Positions 1-12,211 of a stretch of 64,000 nucleotides of DNA are shown here, one piece after another. Each line of letters opens with the position of its first letter. The stretch's first letter is position 1. Source of the stretch: Octopus sinensis (Eukaryota). The translations under genes were made by a program, and so were the position numbers. The notes beneath the pieces were generated by a model that was not told the DNA's origin, made no database searches, and worked only from the letters and a program-made list of their open reading frames with translations. The stretch is from NCBI RefSeq assembly GCF_006345805.1, contig NC_043001.1, positions 81,468,001 to 81,532,000 on the forward strand, given 5' to 3'.

Positions 1-56
1 GCCCGAAAATATTTCTTTCACAACAAATTCCAATATAGTTGGAATCTACACCATCT

Positions 57-284
57 TATTTCTTTATTGCCCACAAGGGGCTAAACATAGAAGGGACAAA
101 CAAGGACAGACAAAGGGATTAAGTCAATTACAACGACTCCAGTGCGTAACTGGGGTCGATGTAACATCCGAAAGGATGAAAAGCAAAGTCGACCTCGGCG
201 GAATTTGAACTCAGAACTGAGCGGCAGACGAAATACCGGTAAGCATTTCGCCCGGCGAGCTAACGTTTCTGCCAGCTCGCCACC
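57..284 (-). mobile_element. tRNA-derived SINE family A (head ggcggcgagctggcagaaacgttagc; probably one of the described octopus tRNA-SINEs)
   Basis: A-box/B-box-like head (GAGTTCAAATTCC), conserved core gccgaggtcgactttgcctttcatcctttcggggtcgata, tail ccccttgtgggtagtaaagaaata. Confidence 0.9.
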
Positions 285-573
285 TTTCCCAGCTCGTCGC
301 CTTTCCCAGCTCGTCGCCTTTCCCAGCTCGTTGCCTTTCCCAGCTCGTCGCCTTTCCCAGCTCGTCGCCTTTCCCAGCTCGTCGCCTTTCCCAGCTCGTT
401 TCCTTTCCCAGCTCGTCGCCTTTCCCAGCTCGTCGCCTTTTCCAGCTCGTCGCCTTTCCCAGTTCGTCGCCTTTCCCAGCTCGCCGCCTTTCCCAGCTCG
501 CCGCCTTTCCCAGCTCGCCGCCTTTCCAAGCTCGCCGCCTTTCCCAGCTCGTCGCCTTTCCCAGCTCGCCGCC
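285..573. repeat. Minisatellite of 17 copies of a 17-bp unit (tttcccagctcgtcgcc) derived from the SINE-A 5' end
   Basis: Direct count; the unit matches the SINE terminus ccagctcgccgcctt. Confidence 0.95.
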
Positions 574-2006
574 TACACCATCTGAAAGGTATATCTAGAA
601 CACTTCATCAAAAAGTACCAATTCTTCTGAAAGTCAGGAGGAAACAAATTCAATGATGGCGCACTTGTGCAGGTATGCCGCCATCATAATTTATAAACCT
701 GATCTAGTAAATTCCATATGTATTTTCCTTTTTCAAACTGAAGTTTTTATTCTCTCCTCAACGCTTCTGTATTTCTTTTCGCTTTCACCTAATCTAAGTT
801 TCAGTATTTCTATTTCGTTTTTCATTTTATCTAGCAACAGTTTTTGTCGTTTTTTTAAAACTCTGGTTTTCAGTTACAATTTTAAGCAATAATTTTGATA
901 AGATCATTAGAATCGAGATAATCTAACGCTCTTTAATCCTCATTTTTTTTCAGCATATAACCAAAAAGTGAAAATTCAAAAGCTAAAGTTTTAATTCCAT
1001 ATGTAACATATTCGGTTTTTATAAGAAGTTCTGATAATATATTTTCAGGTGCTTTTGCAAGGAAGCACTTGGTGGAAGCAGTATTAGCCTGTATATCTTA
1101 CTTTACGTAGACATATTACAATACTAGAAAATCGTCTTAAGAATGCTTCTCGTATACAACGCATAGCGTTAAAAAGTACCAAAGAGTATCAGTAGCAAAC
1201 AAGAAGCGTCCAGCAGCAGATTTCTGCATCTTTGCACATTATCAGTTGTAAGTATTCATTTTGCACACCAGTAGCAAGTATTCATTATTAATCACATGTA
1301 TAGACAAGTTTCGTCTCTACTTTTAAAGAAAAACAGTGATTCACAAATCACTGGTGTTGCAAATAGCCGGCAGGCCAGGTAAAAAATGCATTATCAGTAA
1401 CGGAAGCAGTATTAGTTCAAGAATAATATTCTAGATATCTTACTTCATGTGAATATACTGTAGAAAGTCATAATAGCACTGAATTCCTCTTGAGAAAGCG
1501 TTTCGTAAGACTATTGTGCTATAACTTAAAGAGAAAAAAACATGTCACTGAAACCGCCGTCTCTTTTACTGACAATGGTCTTACCGTATGGAATTGAACC
1601 ATCAATGTTTTGGATTGAGTACAGGCGCGGGAGTTAGTGTGTTGCACAGTCATGGGTATGTAGTAAGAAGTTTGCTTTCCATCCACATGGTTTCGGGTTC
1701 AGTTTTACAGCCTAACACCATGAGCAAGTGTCTACTATAGCTTCGCGCCAACAAAGGCTTTCAGTGGATTTGGTTGCTGGAAACTGAAAGAAGCCCGCCG
1801 TATATGTGTGTGTGTTTTTCTATGTTTGTGGTCCTACACCATTACCTGACAACCGGTATCGGTGTGCTTACGTCCCCGTCAATTAGAGGTTCGGCAAAAA
1901 GACACCAATACAATAAGTATCAGGCTTAGAACAAAAGTTCTGAGGTCAATCTGTACAACTCAACCTTTTAGGCGGTGACCCAGCATGACCCCAGTTCAAT
2001 AACTGA

Positions 2007-2053
<47 letters not shown>

Positions 2054-2058
<5 letters not shown>

Positions 2059-2205
2059 TAGTTGACATTTACAGAAAAACAAAAGACGTAGACATGTGTA
2101 CAAACAACAAACAGATGTATTAGTTTAACGCTCAGGAAGTGAGAAAGTCTTTTACGTTTCAAGCCTACGCTCTTCAACAGAAAGGAACACAGAGAGAATG
2201 AATAT

Positions 2206-2239
<34 letters not shown>

Positions 2240-2383
2240 AATATAGTTGACATTTACAGAAAAACAAAAGACGTAGACATGTGTACAAACAACAAACAGA
2301 TGTATTAGTTTAACGCTCAGGAAGTGAGAAAGTCTTTTACGTTTCAAGCCTACGCTCTTCAACAGAAAGGAACACAGAGAGAA

Positions 2384-2387
<4 letters not shown>
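2054..2387 (-). mobile_element. Two tandem copies (185-bp period) of a ~149-bp non-coding element in (TA)n, each with a minimal hammerhead-like motif
   Basis: Identical units at 2054-2202 and 2239-2387. Minus strand: cttt-CTGTTGA-a-gagcgtaggctt-GAAACGTA-aaag (2149-2184 and 2334-2369). Confidence 0.75.
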
Positions 2388-2419
<32 letters not shown>

Positions 2420-2420
2420 A

Positions 2421-2476
<56 letters not shown>

Positions 2477-2921
2477 AGATTCTGTAGTCGATCTGTTCAC
2501 AAAAAGAAAAATTATCGATAAAAATGAGCTAGCCCAAATAATGCACTATTCAAACCATTTACCATAATAAAATGCAAGAATAGGTTCTTGCCAGGAGAGT
2601 GCCTCTCCTTTTAGCAAGATGCAACAGCAACCATTATTTCCTAGTACATTTTATAGACACTGGAACGACGCCGTAGATATAGAAGCAGAGAAACTCCTGA
2701 GATATTCTCGAAGACGTTTGCAAGTCAAAGCAAAACAGAATAGGTTACGTACTGAGAAAGGCAAACATAAATGGATGAAGGTCGAAACTTCCAGGACAAC
2801 CAATTGGGAAGAAACTGCAAACGAAGCATTGGTCAGTAATGGAGTTGGTGGCGAGACAATCTTGGCGGTGGCGAGAAAAACGGGTTGATATTTTGAGCCA
2901 AGGATGAAGTACACACACACA

Positions 2922-2973
<52 letters not shown>

Positions 2974-2993
2974 ACATACACAAATCTCTTTCT

Positions 2994-3026
<33 letters not shown>

Positions 3027-3716
3027 GACACACTCTCCCTCTCTTTTTCCAAATTTCTGTTCCCTGCAATATTGTAAACCAAGTCATCTTTGGAGAAGAG
3101 GTTGTTAACCTTTTGCATTGTCGTAGCGTATGAGGTGGGAGAACTGCAAGGGGTGGCCCCATTTTTTTTCTGTTATATACGTATTTGCTGAAGTGGAAGA
3201 AATGTTACGCTTAAAGAAGAGGATGGCCAATTTGGCCTTCCTCTTCTTTATGTCTCGCAGCTGGCGTTATGTCCAAATCATCTTCATCTCTCAAGAAGGG
3301 GATGCTTTGAGTACCGACGACACTTCACATAACAGGGAGAGAAAGGAAAGGAGAGAGAGAGATTGAGAGAGTGGGAGAGCGAGCGAGTAGGAGAGTGAGA
3401 GAGAGAGTTGGAGATAGTAGGAGACAGAGAAAGAGAGACAGTCGGAGAGAAAGACGATAGGAGAGAATGACAGTAGGAAGTGGGGAGAGAAAGTCAGAGC
3501 GGAAGGGAGTGAAAGAAACAGAGATAAACAAAGAGAATAGAGAGAGTGGGGAGAGACAGTGAGAAAGAGAGAAATTAGAAAGCGAAAGAGAGAGAATAGA
3601 GGAAGAGAAAATACAGAGACAGATAAACTAGAAAGAGAAGGAGAGTGAGATACAGAAAGAAGGAGTGAGACAAGAGAGAGGATGAGATATGGTGGGAGAG
3701 AGAGAGAGATAGATAG

Positions 3717-3759
<43 letters not shown>

Positions 3760-3772
3760 TGTGCGTGTGTGT

Positions 3773-3830
<58 letters not shown>

Positions 3831-3984
3831 GGATTAGTATTTAGATAACAGAGATCCTGAATGAATACTATAAAATGCTCCGTCCCACGCGCTAACGGCT
3901 CTGTTAATTTGCCATCAGTCAAGTATATCACTTCAATTGGAATATTTGTTCAAGTAATTTACTTCGCTAATCGACTGTTTACGC

Positions 3985-4250
3985 CAGTGGTTCTCAATCG
4001 GGGTGCATATAAGAGTTTTGGCGGTCCACGTAATAAAATAGTAAATTGGGAATTCACAATAGTATTTTAAGGGCACCGGAAAAAATTTTTGCATAGTTTC
4101 ACCTACACAAGTTAATGTGTAAAAAACAAAATAGGAAATTCGAAGAAGTTTCTATAAAACAAATTTTTAAATATCGAATGGTTATGGAGGTCCACAGAAT
4201 AAAATAGTAATCCAAGTGTCTATATATTAAAAAATGGATGAGAATCCCTG
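3985..4250. mobile_element. hAT-Charlie-like MITE
   Basis: Termini cagtggttctcaa and tgagaatccctg; degenerate 8-bp flanks. Confidence 0.6.
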
Positions 4251-4906
4251 GTTACGACCTTCACTGAAATTTTCGGCTTCGTGTTCAATATAAAAAGTAT
4301 ATATAAAATATATAATATAAATAATACCATTTTGGTTAAGGGAGTGAACTCTTATTAATTGATTAAAGTTATGTCCCTTGAATTTTTAAAACTTTTTTTT
4401 TCTATGACTTTTTTTCTTACAGTTTAGTTGTTTCAGTTATTGGAGGAAGATCATGCTGGAGCACCGCATCGAAGCGTTTAGTCAAACAAATCAACCCAAG
4501 CACTTATCTTAAAAGTCTGGTACTTATCTACCGGTCTCTTTTTGCCAACTCGTTAAGGCTCGCACTGGATGCCAAGCGGTGGTGGGGAACAAACAAACAC
4601 AAATATATACTCACACAGTCACACATACACACACACACGCACACACACACACATACACTCACACATACACATGCATGTATACTTTTATTCGTTTACTGGT
4701 TTCAGTTGACTGTGGCCATACTGGAGCACCGCTTTTAGTCGAACTAATCGACCCCAGGACTTATTCTTTGTAAGGCTAGTACTTATTCTATTAGTCAATT
4801 TTCCCGAACCGCTAAGTTACGGGGACGTAAACAAACCAGCATCGGTTGTCAAGCGATGGTGAGGGACAAACACAAACACACATACATACATACATATATA
4901 TATATA

Positions 4907-4944
<38 letters not shown>

Positions 4945-4946
<2 letters not shown>

Positions 4947-5140
4947 CTACAAAATTAGAAAATGGAGAAACATACTTAAATCAATCAAACATCAACCATC
5001 AGATGATACCCAATCAATACTTTGATGAATTAATTGCATGGCAATTTTTAACATTTATGTATTAGTCTTGTTGGGTACCTCTCTAGCAGTATATTGGATA
5101 TATGTTATCCCATGGTGGGTTGAATTTTCAACCCCTATCT

Positions 5141-5146
<6 letters not shown>
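4945..5146. mobile_element. Family X/Y (TA)n-resident non-coding element with inverted 5' segment, nested in a SINE
   Basis: 5028-5146 matches 38903-39023 directly, whereas 4946-5025 matches about 38775-38850 in reverse complement. Confidence 0.7.
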
Positions 5147-5200
<54 letters not shown>

Positions 5201-6107
5201 ATATACGACCAGCTTCTTTCAGTTTCCGTCTACCAAATCCACATATTATATATATGCATGCGCGCGCGCGTGTGTATGTGTGTCTGTGTGTACGACAAGC
5301 TTCTTTCAGTTTGCGTCTACCAAATCCACTCACAAGGTCTTGGTCAGCCTTAGGCTGTAGTAGATGACACTTGCCGAAGGTGCCACGCAGTAGGACTGAA
5401 CCCGGAACTATGCGATTTGGAAGCAAACTTATCACACAGCTACGCTAAATTAACTTCATTGCTCTCCCTCTCCCTCTCATTCCCTTCCGCTATCTTTCTC
5501 TCTCGTTGCGTCACGATTTTCTTCTATTATTAAAAAAAAAGTCTTAGATGCCTAATGCTATTCACCTCGCGTGTGTACAGTTACTTTAAATGTAAACCAG
5601 CGCAGAAAAAAGGAGCTGAATTTAAAATGAGACTAAAATATGAATGAAAAACAGAGATCTCATTTTTTGTTTTTACCTCTTTCAGCAATTGGAGTGCGGT
5701 CATGTTGGGGCACTGCCTTTAAGGGTTTACTCGAACGGATAGGTCCCAGTGCTTGATATTTTTAAGCCTGGTACTTTTACTATCGGTTTTCTTCTGCCGA
5801 ATTGCTAAGATATGGAACATAAACAAACCGACACAGGTTGTGAAGTAGTGACATGTGTGTGTGTGTGTTTCGGGGACAGGGGACAGAAACAAGCGCACGT
5901 GCACAACTAAATTCTCTCACAAAGCATTGGTCAGTCTGAGGCTATGATAGAATACAGCTGCTGATGGTGTTGTGTAGTGAGACAATGAGACAACCCCAGT
6001 TGTCTCGACACAAACTATTGTTTATTGTCACCCAATCCTTGGACAGGATTTGATCATGTGATGTTGATTATTTAAGCTTACGTCGATTCATCCAGAGTAA
6101 AAACACA

Positions 6108-7295
6108 GGATCTTTTCATTTCCAAGGCCTGTTTTTTTCAGATTTTTCCTACTTAACCAAACAATTTGAAACTTCGTATACTGGTAGAATGTGTCAAAAG
6201 AAAACATATTGTAAACCAGAATGAAAACGGAATTGTAATTTCAAAGTTTAACGTTGTTTAATAATTAGAATTTTAACCAATGGTATTCGGTCTTTCGGCT
6301 TCATATTATTTACTCCGTCTCAATAGACGTAAACGGCTATTTTGCTGACGTATTTAACATACGTGAAATGTAAACACCCGTATTTCTTCAGTTTCTATTC
6401 ACATTTTTTTAATATATTATTAACTAACTTATATATTAAACTTATATATTATATAACTAACTTGGATTTGGGAATTTTCGTATATTTTTTGTGATTTTTA
6501 TTCCTTACTTTATTCGTGTAACTTTTATTTCTGTAACTTTTTATCTTTGGCATTCTTTCGTATGTGTGTGTATGTATGTGTGTGTGTGTATGTATGTATG
6601 GCCGATTCAGTGTTTACATTATTTCGAGTTAAAACGAAAGATTACCTTTGCTATGTAGAAAATAATGAGGTTGACTCAATGGAATAATGACAGTGATCAA
6701 AGATATAGACAAAATTTTTTTGGTAATCTTTCGTTTTAACTCGCAATAATGTAAACACTGAATCGGCCATACATACACACACACATATACATACACACAC
6801 ATACATACACACACATACATACACACACATACATAGATACATACACACACACACATACATGCATACATACATATACACATATACCGAGTAAAAAATTTCA
6901 GTTATCTCTCTCTTTAACACATTACTCTCTCTGTCTCTTCACACACACTAACAGAAGTACTTCACTTACACAACATACTTTCTGTCTCCCACACCCCATC
7001 AAACACACACACACGCACACAAAACACAGACCTACGCACAGCTGTCTACGTCACAAAATCGCTTTCTACGTCACACTAAGATAATGCAGTGAATTATTTC
7101 AAATAAAAACAAACAGTACGATTGGTTAAAATTCGCAGATTTAATCTACCCTTAAAGTTATAAAATACATTTTTCTCAAATAAACAAGTTGAAACTAGTG
7201 TTTTCTTTTGAGACACTCTACCAGTATACGAAGTTTCAAATTATTTAGTTATCTAGAAAAATCTGACAAAACAGGCCTTGGAAATGAAAAGATCC
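6108..7295. mobile_element. Non-autonomous fold-back DNA transposon with ~98-bp TIRs starting GG and an 8-bp TSD (Merlin- or hAT-like)
   Basis: TIRs at 6108-6206 and 7199-7295; AAAACACA on both sides (6100-6107 and 7296-7303); inner inverted repeat at 6598-6646 and 6722-6770. Confidence 0.8.
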
Positions 7296-7337
7296 AAAAC
7301 ACATTACGGACTCTACCAAGTGACGTAAATACATAAA

Positions 7338-7919
7338 CCTTTCTGCTATAGGCACAAGGCAAGGATTTTGTGGGGAAGGAGACAGTCAATCACATCGACC
7401 TCAGTACTCAACTGGTAATTGATTTATCCACCCCGAAAGGATGAAAGGCAAAGTCGACATCGGCAGAATTTGAACTCAGAACGTAGCGGCAGACGAAATA
7501 CCTATTTCTTTACTACCCACAAGGGGCTAAACACAGAAGAGACAAACAAGGACAGACTGACGGATTAAGTCTACTATATCGACCCCAGTGCGTAACTGGT
7601 ACTTAATTTATCGACCCCGAAAGGATGAAAGGCAAAGTCGACCTCAGCGGAATTTGAACTCAGAAGGTAACAGCAGACGAAATACCTATTTCTTTATTAC
7701 CCACAAGGGGCTAAACATAGAGAGGACAAACAAGGACAGACATAGGTATTAAGTCGATTACATCGACCCCAGTGCGTAACTCGTACTTAATTTATCGACC
7801 CCGAAAGCATGAAAGGCAAAGTCGACCTCAGCGGAATTTGAACTCAGAACGTAGCGGCAGACGAAATACTGCTAAGCATTTCGCCCGGCGTACTAACGAT
7901 TCTGCCAGCTCGCCGCCTT
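7338..7919 (-). mobile_element. SINE-A head-to-tail trimer
   Basis: One head, three cores; junction cgaaatacctatttcttta at about 7496 and about 7679. Confidence 0.9.
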
Positions 7920-8186
7920 GGATGACGTAGATATACATCGACTCATTGTTGTGGATGGACTCTCGCCTTAGCACACTTGCTGTGGTACAGGCGACAGTTC
8001 ATTTCTGCCGCGTGGGAAAATTGAAGTTACAATTCGCCACTTTGCACATGAGTTTTGAAGTGTTGCAAAATTTAGTTCGTTTGTTAATAGTTATATCCGA
8101 GTACAATATTATTCTTACGTTATAACTGACTAAACCTGGAATCACGTGATAATAAAGCGAACATCTTAACCATACAGCGTTAATTA

Positions 8187-8612
8187 TAGTAATACCTCGC
8201 CATATCGCGATTCACCTATCGCGGTTAATCATTTAAGCTTACGTAGATTCCTTTGTGATGCTGTTTTCCATTAATAATAAAATAAATATATGCAAATTAT
8301 AGAAATAAAAAAAAGTACAGTACTGTTTCTATTTGGTTGTCCGGAAAGTTCGTGCCGATTTATAGTAGCTTACCTTTCGACACATCAATTCTGGGAAGAG
8401 GGTATTTTCAAGTTAAAGGAAAGATGGAGACGCATTGTGCAACAAAATGGTTCAAATTTGGTTGATTAAAAATGTAATGGTAAGTATTTATTGACCTTTT
8501 TATTTCCCTTAAAAATCAGCACGAGCTTTCTGGACAACCCAATACTTCGCAGATTTTCACCTATTGCGTGGGGTTTGGGAATGTAACATCCGCGAAAGTC
8601 GAGGGATTGCTG
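8187..8612. mobile_element. pogo/Tigger-like MITE
   Basis: TA-flanked imperfect TIRs tagtaatacctcg...tcgcg and ccgcgaaagtcgagggattgctg. Confidence 0.6.
8332..8542 (+). mobile_element. Internally deleted mariner nested in the Tigger-like MITE
   Basis: TIRs of about 30 bp with TA TSD; internal FWEEGIFKLKERWRRIVQQNG is a mariner transposase C-terminus. Confidence 0.85.
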
Positions 8613-9246
8613 TATTGATAATTTGAACTGAAGTGTGGAACCATTATACGTAGAGTACGCAAAATGAGGAATACCGTGAAGGATATTCACTGTTTTGATT
8701 CTTTATCTGTATGAGTCATTTCAATGTATACCTATCCATTTGTTGCAAGCATGTTCATAGTTTGGCTTTTTACCTTTAGGTACCCACACATGAAGGTCAA
8801 GTCCTACATTTACGCGGGTGATCTACCCCATCATGTGACAGACTAGCCAAGCGCGCCACCATCAGCTATATAAGGGAAGTTTTTCCCGCTATTTCCTCGG
8901 CGAGGTGGGTCGTCACGATGGGGTTCGGATCTTTGGCATTAGAGCAGTTTTATTCCGCTTTGAAGCCTCTGTGAAGAGAGAATCTTTAGCAGGATTCCTT
9001 AATGCCATGCTTTGTGTTTTTCCAGCGTACATCTTTACTTTCAAAGAAGCACGAGGGAGCAATGTATTTTAATAGAATTATGCATGTCATAGGCGCAGGT
9101 GTGGCTGTGTGGTAAGTAACTTGCTTACCAACCACATGGTTCCGGGTTCAGTCCAACTGCTTGACACCCTGTGTCTTCTACTATAGCCTCGAGCCGACCA
9201 AAGCCCTGTGAGTGGATCTGGTTGACGGAAACTGAACGAAGCCCGT

Positions 9247-9311
<65 letters not shown>

Positions 9312-9519
9312 GCGTGTGCCTGTTTGTGTTTGTCCGCCCAACATCGCTTGACAACCGATGCTGGTGCGTTTACGTCCCCGTAAGAGACCGATAGAATAAG
9401 TACTAGGCTTACAAAGAGTAAGTCCTGGAGTCAATTTGCTCGACTAAAGGTGGTGCTCCAGCATGGCTTGAGCTACATGCACCTTTTTTGTTTTTTTTAG
9501 CTCGCTAAACACTCATCCC

Positions 9520-9798
9520 ACTATTCATAGAGGGTCACAGGGATAGCGTCCTCAGGCACCTCCTCATTAGGTTTCTAACAGAAGTAAACGTCATTATATA
9601 TTCTTGCTGGATTCTCAAGCGTGACCAATGTAGACAATGGATATTATCCAACCATCCCGTTCTTGGTCTACTTTTAAGTTTTCTGCTTGTTGACTAGACT
9701 TAAAGAAATCCGTCTCACGATTCTTTCCTGAGATATTCTAATCACGTGTCCGTAGTACCGGAACTATGACCTCTCAATGCGGAGAAGCAGCAGCAGCT

Positions 9799-9829
<31 letters not shown>

Positions 9830-10110
9830 CTCTGATCTTCGAGCTACACACCTTGTTAGACAACGTTACTCTAGAGATCCTTCAAAAGAATCCTATTCCG
9901 ACCATTTGTTTTCGCGATCGTAGTCTTTCGGCCGTGGTGCGGATAAGCATGGAAAGCGAATTGAAGTTTGGCTTTTACCAACTGCTTTTATCTTGCAGAT
10001 CGAACCCCGGAGCTGGCGCAATATTGTGCCAGCATCTGCAATTCTAGCGTCCATTTTAACCTCCTCTCTTCCACCACTCGAGCTGACCAATAATCAATAT
10101 CCACAGGCAT
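9520..10110 (-). mobile_element. RTE-clade LINE 3' fragment with an internal (AG)n expansion
   Basis: EVKMDARIADAGTILRQL on the minus strand; nucleotide similarity to 32630-33010. Confidence 0.65.
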
Positions 10111-10707
10111 AGCGTACCTTCGACTACCTTATCGAATCTGACCTTTTAATTTTTAAGACGGTGAGCGTGTTTCGAGAGTAATTCAACTGTTATTTTAGGA
10201 ATTGTCGCCTTCGCAAATACTTACTTACAATGGCTAGAGTAGAGGACAGCCCGTCAAAATAAGAATAATTATTTTTTATAATTAGAACCTGGAAATGCAA
10301 AAAAAACACGATACAAACAGTAAATATTTTGCAGACGTGACTGTGTATTAAAGAGCTTTCTTCCCAACCACATGGCTTCGGGTTCAGTCCTACTGCGTGG
10401 CATCTTGGGCAAGTGTCTTCTCTTATAGACCTGGGCCGACGCTTTAGTAGAGGACACTTGGTAAACAGCAAGTTGCAGAAAGCCCGTCGTGTATATATTC
10501 CTTTAGTCTTTATTTTACTTGTTTCAATCATCTGACTGCGGCCATGATGGAACACCCAGGACCTATTTTTTAAAGCCTAGTACTTATTCTATCGTTCTCT
10601 TATGCCGAACCGCTAGGTTACGGAACGTAAATGCACTACCAACGGTTGTCAAACAGTGATGCGGGGACAAACCCACACACACACACGTCTCTCTCTCTCT
10701 CTCTCTG

Positions 10708-10783
<76 letters not shown>

Positions 10784-11115
10784 GGCAATATTTATATCCA
10801 ACTTAACGTAGATGCTTTGTTAGAACGCCGAATACCGCATTATTAGCGCTGAGAGAACTTCTCATATAGGCTTTTGGGTCATAGAAGCACACTCGTACAG
10901 AAGAGACTCAACAGTTATTGGCCGCCGGATCTCCCATAACCTATGATTTCAGTCTACTGGACATCATCAGTTGGAGGCGTCCGGTTAAGTCTGCTACGAT
11001 GTATGTGTGTGGTTTTATGCAGCGAATGCTTATAAGTGGGGTTCTGTCAATGCTAATAACGTAATATTCGGTGTTCTAACAAGACATTCACATTAAGCTG
11101 GATATAAAGATTGCC
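10784..11115. mobile_element. 332-bp MITE with ~64-bp GGC-initial TIRs, inserted in the internal microsatellite of a SINE
   Basis: 10784-10847 is the reverse complement of 11052-11115. Confidence 0.8.
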
Positions 11116-12211
11116 TTTTGATACTATTATTCTGTCGTATGTATGTATGTATGTATGTATGTATGTATGTATGTATGTATGTATGTATGTATGTATGTAT
11201 GTATGTATGTATGTATGTATGTATGATGACGGGGTAGGCAAACACAGACACAAGTACACACACACCCACACATATATATACGACGGGCTTCTTTCAGTTT
11301 CCAACTACCAAATCCACTCGCAAGGCCTTTGTCTGCCCGACGCTATAGTAGATACTTCCCAGGTGTCATGCAATGGGACTGAACCCGGAACAATGTTGTT
11401 GGGAAGCAAGCTTCTTATCACACAACCACGCCTACGTCTCTATGATAAAAAAAAGATAAAAATAAACCCTGATAGAATAAATATTAAACTTTCAGGGCGG
11501 TACTCCAGCATGGCCGAAGTCCAGTGACTGAAGCGTAAAGGATAAAGAGTATAAAAGAAGCAGTAGAAGTAAAATGCCTGTCGAGTTTACAGGAGATGAG
11601 AGTTCAAATCCCACAGCAGATATCCAAACGGGTTTTAAACCCAATATTTACATGCTATTATTTATAGCTTATCTACTTCGAGTTAAACCGTTCCGAAAAA
11701 GAATTAATATATTAATTTTATTATTGTTGAAATAACTAAATCTCTAATTGGTTAGATTTCTTGTTTAAGGCAAGGGTTTTGTGGTTGGGAAGCTTGGTTT
11801 GCAAACACGTTGGTCTCAAGTTCAGTCCCATTGCGCGGCACTAAAGCCTCGAGACGGCCAATGCCTTGACAGTAAATTTGGAAAACGGAAACTGTGTGGA
11901 AGCTCGCTATACACACACACACAGTGGAAACGTATCAAATTAATGTGTTTTTATTAATACTGCAGGTTTCTTTCTGACTTTGACACGAGGCCAGTTATTT
12001 TGAGGGGAGGGGAAAACCGATTACATCAATCCCAGAACTGAATTGGTGCTTATTTTTATCAATGCTGTAAGAACGAAAAACAAATTCGATCTCAGCGGCA
12101 TTTGAACTCAGAACGTACAGTTGCCACTAAGGTCGATTTTGTCTGTCCTTTCGGAGTGAATAAAGAAAAAAGTACCAGTAACGTATTGGGGTGATGGTAT
12201 CGACTAATAAT

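Noticed and set aside
285-573. CRISPR-like appearance of short direct repeats (also 60469-60730 and 45140-45845)
   Set aside because: Contiguous tandem units with no unique spacers, eukaryotic context, no cas genes.
142-585. 147-aa ORF with FPARRLSQLVAFPSS repeats
   Set aside because: Reads through a SINE and the 17-bp minisatellite; open by repeat periodicity.
600-900. Minus-strand coiled-coil-like stretch (KRQKLLLDKMKNEIEILKLRLGESEKKY)
   Set aside because: Short, broken by stops and frameshifts, with no assignable family or splice sites; possibly a decayed TE.
2619-2888. 89-aa ORF of normal composition
   Set aside because: No recognisable domain and no clear splice context; not supportable without a search.
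8700-9085. Possible solo LTR (TATA-like ctatataaggg at about 8866)
   Set aside because: No clear TG...CA ends, TSD or second copy in the window.
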